In this document: positions 37,301-49,300 of the stretch, one piece after another
How positions within the stretch are numbered: the stretch's first letter is position 1
Layout of the letters: each line of letters begins with the position of its first letter
Source of the DNA: Tubiluchus corallicola
Lineage: Eukaryota; Animalia; Priapulida
Assembly: GCA_030141605.1 (NCBI GenBank)
Contig: JAQGDQ010000262.1
Coordinates: 216,978-280,977 of the forward strand
Reading direction: 5' to 3'
DNA: 64,000 bases
Position numbers and translations under genes: made by a program
The notes under the pieces: model-generated
The model's input: only the letters and a program-made list of their open reading frames with translations
What the model was told of the DNA's origin: nothing
Database searches by the model: none

Positions 37301-40300
37301 TCTTTACTCTGGCTTGAACTACTAGATTTGGGTTGACTTTGCATGACCTAAACAATAATTACACGATATCATACAAACGTTGCCATACTGTTAAACAACA
37401 GGAAGACAAAACTCACAATTCAGTTATGAGGTTCTGTGGACTGGAAGTGCTTTTCATACTGTCTTTCCACTTCTTTCACCCTTAAGAATGATTCAGTAAC
37501 GTCCAATTAGAAGGTCTACAGGTACAAAAGTCACATTTTCACGTGTAGTCCCTCGTAAAATCGTCAAAGTTTAAGTACATTTGTAGCTGTATGGTGTAAA
37601 TGTCAATGATTTTGATTTTTTTTGGTACCAATGCAACACTTGAACACTTTAATTTTGCCGAGTCAAACATTTATTTGTTATAGGACTAATAACAAAATTT
37701 ATAATAGCAAACTCTAGTCCAAATATAAGACTGAGTAGCAATTTAAAAGTTTTGACTATAATAAGCAATTTATATTTAGCAAAATATTTTTAAAAACTTC
37801 AATAACTTGATCCACAAAAATCATATGTCTGGAATCATTTCAACAGCCTGTGAATTAAATGATTTAATGACTAATAATGTTGGAATTAAAACTGTTGGAC
37901 AGGTTATTATGATATCCTATTTACAACTGCAGTTAGACACATGAACTCGACAAATATTTTTAAAGATTTATGTTTATGTTTATTGTAGCATTGATGGGCC
38001 GCTTTGCTGACTGACTGTCCAAACTGCTATTTTTATGGATACAGTAAGCAACTAGAATGCACATCAGTGTTAAATTCCCTAAGTTCAGCAAACTTGTACA
38101 CTTGTACATCAATCAATTCTCATTTGTCAATTCGTATCTCTAATTTCGAATTGGTTCAGTTGGTTTTTGACCTTTAAATAATCTTGCTGGTTAGGTTCTC
38201 ACTGTTAGATTGCCTGCCCTCCCTTCCCGTAGACTGAACCATCCGGGCAAGACAGCAGTGACAGGAAGAAACAGTCAAACAGCACAATATAAACAAGCAG
38301 TGTTGTCATTAGAATCGTCTTTAGGGGTGAGCATCGAACGTTCGAATTCGAACCAAAAATGATAAATTCGAACAATTCAGCAATTCAAACACGTACATTC
38401 CTTATCATAAAAATGTTTGAAACGTCATGCAATTAGCACAACTTAACTGTAATTTCTGTGTCCAATTATAAAGAAATTATTAGTGATTTTACTGCAGAAC
38501 TAAATGGAATAATACGCATAATCTCTGTAAGACCGCTTTCTAATGGTGGTTCGAAAACTTGTTCGAAAATCTTTCCAACAGAGTTCGAAGTCGATTCGAA
38601 TTTGAAATACTGAAATTTGATTTGAATTCGAAAGTCACAAATTCGATTCTAATTCGCTTCCTGGTAAAGAATGCTCACCCCTAATGCTCGTCACTTAATA
38701 AATCCCTTCACTGCGCAGAGTGAAGTTATCCCTGCGAATTCACTCAGAAAAATGCACTAAGTTATAGGGCTTTCAGGACAGTTTGACAGTCTCTTAGCAA
38801 ATAAATTGATCATAAAACAGCTTTCTTGCATATTTAGTCGAAATGTTTTCCTTCAGATTTGAAGAAATCTGTTAAGTAATGCACATTTTATCAACTGAAT
38901 CTTATTAGTAACTCAGACGAAAAATTGACTGTCATGTTTACTAGTTTTTGTGATGCGAGTCAGGTTACTGAATATTCAGTGTATGAGAATGCCATGTTTA
39001 GTAATTATGAACATCGACTTTCTAATGTTTAAAATTAAACGAAAGTTAATTAGATTTTATAGTTGCATGTGGCATTTATTCATGAAACTAATCTGACAAA
39101 ATAAAAGCAAAAACAAAACTAACTTACTGAAAAATAGCTAGCAATATCTCACTAGGAGCAGCTTTGCAACCAGCTAGTAAACCTTGCAGGCGACTGACGC
39201 TCTGCGTAGCGGTTGATACCGGAGTGATATTTCCTATATCTTTTTCTTTCAGATACCTCCGTCCCGTCAGCGGAGTGGAGGGCGCTAGCGTCTTTGTCTG
39301 AAATACAAATGCATACATCATAGCAATAAATGCAATGGTGGTAAAAGTAAATAAACTGAAATGTGTACCTACTAAAATACTTTTAATTATCAAATACGGA
39401 AAGTCTGTCATACTATTGTGATAGATGGGGGGACATCGAATGCATTTACGTAGTCAGTTTATTGTATACGAAACTTATTTGAAACTGATTTTCTTTTAAT
39501 GCTATGTTAGCAAATGCACACGAAAACCACAGGTTTGAGCGTATGAGAAACTTTTGCATATACGAAGTGATACCAGCGCACAAGTGATACGAGTTCAGAA
39601 TAAAGAATGCTCTAAAATATTGAAAACTACAATAGCTTATTTTAAATCAAAGCTTTGATTAAATAATAATTATCTCGGATTATGAAATTTTGTTAAAGTT
39701 TCAAATCTACGGGCGGCTCAGTGAATCTACTAAGACTGGCAACAGCGCCTTTTTGTCATTAGCGTGGCCAACAAATAGAAGGCGGTACCGTGATAACCAT
39801 GATCATGAACTGTAGTGTTAGTTTCTGACGTCATATGACGTAGAGCTCATTTTTGTGACATCATGCACTTAAGCAGTACTGTAATACTTACGCTACTATA
39901 CTAAGTTACTGCATAATGGGGGTAGCAGACACTACTTAATTTTATAACAATACCGACTATACGGATTTGCTGAAGACTAAGTTGAATATGTTATAATTGT
40001 TACGTTAGTAATTTATAATCGATTAGCAAGGATAGTCAGAAAAAAAACCAATGGTGTGAACTAAAAACCCAATCCATTATAATCGACTGAAACAATTAAT
40101 CGGTCACACCACTACCATGTGAACCTGACCATACCGAATCAAAATGTTGCTGGAGATTGCGTTTAACCTGCATGTGCGACGTCAACTCGGACGGAGATGA
40201 GCCGACTTTGGCTGGGGTGCCAATTTCTGTGCTTGCCTCAGAACCCAGAAATATTCGCTCATCAAAATCACCCACACTCAAGACGAATTCTTCGTAGACT

Positions 40301-43300
40301 TTGTTCAAGTTTTTCCTGAAAAATGACACAAACAAATTAGAAATGAAAATTTGCAAGATAAATTTTTTAAATTTGTATTTTCAAGGATACACCAGGTCTA
40401 GTTTTGCCAGTTCTGACATGGATCTGGATCAGCATCAGGGATGAGAATGACAAATTGCAAAAAAAACCTCTGAAACAGGTCGGGGTTTTGGTGCAATTTT
40501 GAGACCACAGAGAACCCCTAAGTCGAGTTAAATTTTCAATTACCTTGTTTCGTGCTGGCCGCTCCTATGCAAAAGTATATAAAAACTGTCTGCAATTGAC
40601 TCAAATAACTCCGCACAATTGATTCTATATTTTTATACATAGAGATATACACGTGGTTACACTGATGAAGCGGTCAGCTTGTGAAATAATGTACTGGGTC
40701 CGTAAAAATTTTCTTAACGAATTTACGCGATTTACAAAAATGGCACTACTGGTCTTCCAAAAACTCGGAATTCCGTGCATCAGCGGAAAATTCTCATCCT
40801 TGCAGCATGTGGCAGATCCGGTTCCGGATATACAAATGAATGTAATTAAAATTTCATTTGCTTAGCCTCTTTTGTGCATGTGGTGGCAATGCCTGTTTGT
40901 TTTCAGGGTCACTGAGAAATTTCGAGTGGACATACTGCAAATGTTGATGTACTGTCAATATGAATACCGGACAGGCTCTTAGTTTAAACTAAAAAACTGC
41001 CAAACTAACTTTTACTGGAAGTACAGAAAGATCTAAATTTTTATTAGTATTACAGTTTTTATCTATATATTATTTCTCGTAAACCAGGGGTGTGCAAATT
41101 ATCTGACTAGCCGGGCGACATTAAATTTTCCCGCAATTCCTGCGGGCCACAGGCAGTTTGATCAAGCAACCAAGTACGGAAAGGCCTAAGAACGATTTTT
41201 TTGCACCCGACCTGCGTACATCATTACTACTACACTCAAGAAACTTTTAGAAGTTATTAAAATTCGTATTACAAACCATATATTTCTGCTTTCAGGACAG
41301 ATAGACATGGTAATTTCATTACAATGCATATTAGTAATGTGTATCACACAGTCTGTGTAGTACAGTGACATTAAGCTACAACCGTCTTGTAAGGGTTAAT
41401 GGTATCCGATCTAGTAGAAAAAACTACCCGCACTATCTTTGGGATCGTGGCACGGACTTCAGCTGGATACACTCAATTAATCGCCCGGGCCGCACTTTCA
41501 TTAGGTTGACAAATCTCTTCGTGGGCCGCACAAATTCTCTCGGCGGGCCGCTATTTGCACACCCCTGTCGTAAACCAAATGAACATTATATTCTGCCCAC
41601 ACTTAAAAATTGGCCAATTTGATCATTTTCTGTTCAGCATATCCAACAGACATCAAAGAATTCTATTTGTTTGTTCCAGACTCAAAGAATTTGTACTACT
41701 TGAGAGGACGACACCACAAAAACAACGATATTAACTGTAATAAATTTTTTAAAAATGCCACAAGTAAAAAACTCACATATTTTGTTCAAAGTTCGGTTGC
41801 TCTAAAAGACCAGACAAAGTTTCCTTGGTGCCTTTAAGAATCTAAAAACAAAGAAACAAAGAAATATCAAAATTAATGCAAAACTAGTCAAGAAATTTTT
41901 AAAGCAAACAATTTTTTAACCTCCAACAAGGAAAAGTCAAATTTATAGATTTCAACTATACTCTAACACGTACAAACTTCAAATATCTACTAGCATGCAG
42001 CTGCCATGTTGCTCTTTAGAATGGGATTTTTATTGGGACATTTAATAGTTACAGTGACATCTTTCCATTAGTTTTCCTGCGTTTAAACTCGGAATATACT
42101 TCCTCAGCAATGAAGAGTTTTTCCTTCTCTCTATGTATGAATAAACGCTTTACAGTCATCTCTGAACTACAATGGAAAACTTTGTTTGCACAATAGCGAC
42201 AATCTTTGAATTTGGTTTCAGACAAGGTAAATGAAAGCATAGCACACTTTATTCATTAGCAAGTTGTTGTAAATGAGGCTATACCTTCTGGTCGAACAAT
42301 CGCTTGATGTGAGGTTTCCACCAGTGTTCTTTGATACCACGCGCTTCAAGCTCTAAACCTTCGTGCTGATCGCACAAGTGCTCTATTATGCAGGGCGGTT
42401 CCATAGGCACCTGGTAGTCTCTCGAATTAAAATCCCTTGGCAATACTATCAAAAAATCAAAATTAAAGTTCTTCTGAGTGATTTAATTCAATAAATCAAT
42501 ACACATGCAAACTTTAAGTTGCGGTACAAGTATATGGGTAAGCAAAACAAAAATTTTGTTAACTAGACGGGCTGAAGTTATTATGAATGATGCGTGACCT
42601 TGATCCCATTTGTTTTTTTTGTGACCATAATTTTACATGGTGCATTAAAAAACAGTAACTGCCGCAACAGAGGTAAGTTCAGGAACTGCTAGTTCAATAT
42701 CTTGTACTTGATGGTAATATAAATATAATTACTCATGTAGGTGGGTTTAACTTGAGAACTTCTGTAAACGTAAGCTTTTCAATTAACTACTTCATGCATT
42801 ATAAGGCGTTTCTTATTGACTTTGAAACAGTAAGATACATAACAGGAAGCAAATTTTGGAAAAAATGATTTAAACTGTCTTTAGACGTAGGTCAACGTAT
42901 GGTAAACAAAGATAGTGATATCGCTACTTCCTTTAATACTGATGTCTAAACAACGTTATGTACAGCATCATTACAAATATACTAACTTGACTCTCAAAAC
43001 ACTGTGGGGTTGAACGACTAGGGGTCTAAACAAGAGAATTATCCCTGTTGTATGTTGCTTTAGTAAATTTGTATACAATTTACTTTGAGCGCATAACTAG
43101 TTTAGATATACCATAGTTTAGGTTTGCCATATATACAAATGTAAATGTGTTGCGGGCAATCAAAAAGCAGGGATTGTTAAATTGTCCCACACTGTGAAAG
43201 AAAAAAAGTAATGAAAATTATCTGAAAATTTAATTTTTGCCATGGATGAGTCTTCTAGCCCACACCAGTACGTAGATTATGAATGTGATTATAACTAAAA

Positions 43301-46300
43301 AAGTTATTACGTTTTTATCACTATAATTGTAACATACCTGGAAATTCTGGATTAAGCAGATCCCTTCTGTCTGTGAGTAAAGCATTAGCATAGAACAAAT
43401 CCAGACAGCATAACACAAGGTGATAGGAATTCACCAGATCATCGCTTATGGCTGGAAAATTACCTAGCGACAAATAAAAAGCACAAACGTGAATGTCAAC
43501 CAATGAACGCATCTATTCACCTGTTTTTCTAACAAACACGTTATGAATATGTTATACTGGCTAGTGATAAAAAGTAATACTGTAAATGGGAAATGTTGCT
43601 AACTACCATTATAACACATAGACATACACATAAATAGATTAGTATATTAAAAATTAACGGTGATGCTGCAGATAACAAAAACAAATAAAAAAATAATAAT
43701 AATAAAAACAATATAATGATACAAATTATCCAAAAAGAACTGAAAGCAAAAAAATAATAAAGTTGGATACCAAAATCTAAACAAAACAATACAAATTTTT
43801 CAGAAATTAGGATATATACACAATAGAATCTTATTTCGTAATAATGACCAAAAGTTATTTTTATCAGTTGTTATCTGGCTTGGTGCTTTGAATAGAGAAC
43901 TTTTCTTTAAATACAAGCAAAAATAAAAACAAGAAATGCATCTCCTGTTTTGTAAAGCTTGTCCAACATAAAATTTTGTAAATACCAGCAACGAAACTCA
44001 TAAATTTTAACAATAAATGCGGGTAGATTAAAACTTAATCCCTACTGCAATACCATAGTGAAATGGACTGATATACCATTGCCATACCTTTAACATATAC
44101 AAACAAGGTCCAACATGCGTTAATAACTTCTGTAGCGGAGCATGGAGGTTTCCTAAAAAAAGAAGCTTCAATGAAGTAAGATAAGCAAAATAAATCTATA
44201 AAACTTGAGCAACTGTTATTGTTGCACTACTTTAGACTAAACAATGTATTTTGTCCCACATATAAATAAATAAACTATTTGTAATTTAGCAAATGTGCAT
44301 TTTCATCAACCGAACCGAAGCTCAAAAGATTGATTGGCCGTGTCGCCGAACCGAATAAAATATCAAGTTACCGTATTTTCCCGTGTATAAGAGACCCTTT
44401 TTTGCTCAGAATTTTCACTTTAAAAATAGGGGGTCTCTTATACATGGGAGTAAGTCTTTTCAATAAGATGCATAAATTGTGACACTAATGATTTTAAAGA
44501 AATAAGTGCTCTACAACTGTTTTGCGTGTCGCGTTCGACTATGAAGCGGTTGTAAGCAATACAAGCATCGTGACACAGGCATTATCTCCTCGTTTTCTCT
44601 TTTCCTGTTACAGGTTTGCAGGTACGCACTTTAATATATACCAGTACTCTTTTTCTACAACACATTAACTGGTTTTATTTTGTTTTCAGTACCGCACTGA
44701 GTTGAAAAAAGTTGTACTTTACCCTCTAAAAATGTCCGTCTGAAAAAACTTTTTTCCAGAATTTTTGCCTAAAAATTGAAGGGGTCTCTTATACACGGGA
44801 AAATACGGTAAATCCGAATACCGAACTGAATTTTTACAAAACGAAATCATTTTTTTGTAATTCTAGCTGAAAAGATTTATAAACTCTTTAATCGTTTATC
44901 GTTTCAAGTTAGTGGTGATTGGTGAGCAGTATAAAACTGCTCTGATTACTAAATCTGTGTTTGTATTTAATGGTTAATGTTATGTAGTAAAGTATTACAT
45001 ATTAGAAACAGCACCAATTCTTTCAAAAGTTATTCAATTATCTTACAAGTATAATCAACAAAAACAGCATTTAAGCAAAATTTCAGTGGTATAATTGTTT
45101 ACTAGCTAAAGTTTTCATTGATTTACTTTGACGTGTACAAGCGAACGCAGCACCGCCACAATATTGCGTGTTGACGTGACTTCTGTACCGACAGTGCAAC
45201 GCACTCTTTGAGTTATCATACAGAAACAGAAATCAAAATGTCGGCTATTCTGTCGTGTTCATAATTTTTTACTAGCTTTTTTCAATAAATTTTATAAGCG
45301 AAGGCCCCGCAAAAAATTTAGCGTATAAGTACACTTATAATCAATAATACGCAAACTTCCTACATAGTCCTCATTTATAACGCAAAGCGAGCAGCAGCTT
45401 TTAGTGAATTGAAGTTATAAGCAGAGTATAATGGATGTTGTCAGAACAATGGCTTTGCGTCAGCAGTTTTCACCAGAAATAAGAGGTATAAGTTTTGCAA
45501 AAAACGGCCGAAAAATGTCCATTTTTGGAGGTTTTTCACCCTTCGTTCCTCGCGGTGGGCGAGATTCGAAAAATAAACCCCTAATGGCACGACACTAGAT
45601 CGAGACCTTTCGTTTGATATATAAATCGCCGCAAATGGTGCCGTCGTTGGAGCTGTAGCCTCGAATCTTATATACACACATATATATATTTAACATATTA
45701 TATAAATTAATATATTCTTGTTTTTATAGGGAAACATTCGGTTTGTTTAATTTTCACTGAATCTGACAATGCTTCATCGCACTGAAGTTTCTCCGAGCTT
45801 TCAGTGATTACAACCGAAGTTTATTGGGCCGGATTTTTATACTGATATTCGAGGAAAAAATCCAATGATCCAAACATTCGGTGCATCCCTATAAATTATG
45901 TTCAATAGTGGAAACGTTATATAAAGTTTATATGAATATGAAGGCTAACATTCTTTCTACACGCAAGGAAAAAACTTGTTAGAAAGTTAAAACTGGATTT
46001 AGAAAACGTACTTTTTTGCAAACTGAAAACAAAGATTTGTATAATGCAAGAAGTTACAAAATTAGCCTCAGCTACAACCAATGTCAAAGCACTGACTTTT
46101 GTTTTCGAGATTTTGGCACTCTTGGCGGGTCGTTGGCTGGATCTTTGAAAATGTCCAGAAATATGGGTTCAAACTTTTTGAAGATCACAGTCGATACGGC
46201 AAAAACCCGCTCCAGTCGATCCACTTTGCTGCAGAATTCTTGTGGAAGATTTGCCATGTCAGCCCATTTTTTCATTTTACTGAAGAACTGGATAAGGCTG

Positions 46301-49300
46301 TGAAAAAGAATGACAATTTATAAACAAAAAGAGATATTTAAAGCATAAATTTTATTTTAACTCAACATTAGTGCTGCCAAAAGCCATTCAGAGCGTGTGC
46401 AAAAGGCACGCGCTTAGTTGGAAGATTGTCCAAAAAGAAACGTCCGCCAAATGAACTCGTAACCTCACTCTGGTAAAGGAATGAGTAAAAGAGACCCATA
46501 TCACTGTGTAGCCCGTTTTATACTCTTTCAAAAAGCCATTTCCTCCAAGACCCACTACTGACCCACTCTACATGAAATCCAACAATGAACAAAAGGGACA
46601 ATTTGTGGAGCTTTCTGCCTGCTGCTCCTAGAAGTACACGGTGTAGGAAAAAATCCTAGTGCTTCGCGTGGTCTTGGAAAAAAGTTTATAGCTCTTTCTA
46701 AAGAGAAGAAACCAGGCTACAAGATGAAGTGGGTCTCTTTTACAAATGCCTCTACGATGATAAAGGATAAATGATAAAGGTGAATCAACTTTTGCTCACT
46801 TACATGTACAGAAGCAGCAGGCCTAGGCCTCTGTCAAATTGGTACACTAACCTTACCACATCGTAACAGAAACATGTGAATCAACTTTTGCTCACTTACA
46901 TGTAGAGAAGCAGCAGGCCTAGGCCTCTGTCAAATTGGTAAAATAACATTACCACATCGTAATAGAAACATGTGAATCAACTTTTGCTCACTTACATGTA
47001 CAGAAGCAACAGGCCTAGCCCTCTGTCAAATTGGTACACTAACCTTACCACATCGTAATAGAAACATGTGAATCAACTTTTGTTCACTTACATGTACAGA
47101 AGCAACAGGCCTAGGCCTCTGTCAAATTGGTACACTAACATTACCACATCGTAATAGAAACATGTGAATCAACTTTTGCTCACTTACATGTACAGAAGCA
47201 GCAGGCCTAGGCCTCTGTCAAATTGGTACACTAATCTTACCACATCGTAATAGAAACATGTGAATCAACTTTTGTTCACTTACAAATTTATAGGCACATC
47301 TCATAATTCCAATGAAGATGTGTGCTCCCTAGCTACCTTGCGGTTCATTTATTGCGGACACGCTATTTCGCGGGTTTTCAAAAATATTAATGTAAAATAT
47401 TTATCGCGGTATTTTGTGGGTTTTTGCGGTACTCTGTCAAAAGTATTTTTGCACATGCGTAGTACGTATTGTGCAGTAATGTATAGATTTGATGAATTTT
47501 GTATAAAAAATCACAAAATGTATAAAAATATATTAAAAATATTAACTCTAACATTAAAAGAATATTATAAATCATAAAAAGTTACCATTTATAGTAAACA
47601 GTGTATTTATTCAGTGGATGAATACACACCAAAAACGAAATGTAGTACTTGCACCCGCTTAAGATGCTACTGAAAGTTTTTTAAAAGGTACATGTACAGT
47701 ATGGGAAAAGTTATTAAGGGAATGGGAAAAGATTATGTATAAGAGTGTGGGGGAGGGTTTATAAAGATTTAAAATAATGTATAACTACTAAAATAAGTAT
47801 AGCGTCCCTACTTCGCGGAAATTCACTTATCGCGGGTGGGCCTGGAACGGAACACCAGCGATACGTGAGGGAACACTCGCGGGTGGGCCTGGAACGGAAC
47901 ACCAGCGATACGTGAGGGAACACTGTATTCAATTTAATCAATCTAGAGTTTCAGTATATTTGAACCTACCTTAGATCAGCAGAACGCAAGAGTCTTGTCA
48001 ATGAAACACAGTTTCCCTCCATAGTTCCACTGCCAACGGTGGGCAACTGACTACTTCGACAGGCCACATAAAGAGCGCAGGCAAGCCAGTGTATAGAGTC
48101 ACCCTAAAGCATACAAAGCAGCACGTTAACAAACACGAGTATAGAGACTGCATTATAAAGTCTGTATTAACTGTACATGCAAACAGACAGGTATGTTAAT
48201 GACACAAGCAAACTAATGATTATCAACATGTCTACATCAGCTGCAGCAAATCAATAAAACAGACAACACAATAAATGCAAATTTTCAAAAAAAAATGCTT
48301 TGATGGTTTGCAAAATGACAACGAAACTTTGTCCACTGATGGCAGTGACACAAGTGAAACACTAGCAAAAAATCTCTAGCTTGACACCATTTTGATGCAT
48401 TTACATTTCCTTCACTGAGACCTGCAATACTCAATTATACTGTTTGACTAAAAAAGAAAAAATACCGACCTTTTCAGTCTTTTGTGAAACATTATAACAT
48501 GTGAGAATTTGCTTATAAATAAGATACATCACATTTATTTCCTTATCTTATCTATTACAACAGCCCGCCCATGGATTTAAGGAAGATAGGTAATTTTAAA
48601 AACAATTTTTACAGCGGGCAATGTTCGGTCTGGGATTCCAAAATTCAAAATTACTGTAGGTCTACAGTAATGTTTACAGTTAAGTTTGAACTATATCTTT
48701 CGATTATTGAGTATTTTCAATACTAGCTGTGCTTCCAACGATTCAAATGAGAATCAGACAAATTTCAGGAAACTCGAACAGAGACTGGCAGAGAAAGGAG
48801 AACTCTAGCAGTACCTCCAGAAACCTGGTACTGCCTGTTAAGTTTGCCGTAAGAAACTTCTGTATTGCATTCCTATCATTAAACCTCAAAAACGTAGTCA
48901 TCAAATACCCAACTTTCGAAAAATCCATAATTCAGCAACAGAACAAAATGGCGATTAGTAAGACGATATTGCGAGACAACTATCCAAACTAAGTCCTATC
49001 AGCATAAAGTAAAAGTCGCTTTCCATAACAAATTATGTCAATTTAAATTTCAGATGTTCTAATTAAAAATGTTTTTTATGAAAGTCATAATTACAATTGC
49101 GGCTGTTTTTAAGACACTGTAGTTACACATCCAGAAACGACGCTATCATGTAAAAAACATTTGAGCTGAGAAGGTCCTGCCTCACAATCCTCACTCCTAG
49201 TTTCCAATTTATCTTTTTACGCAAAAATATTTACGAACAATGTGCAAAAATAATGCAAGCCAAAGTGCAAGAATCCAAAATGCAAAAAATGCCTCCATAG

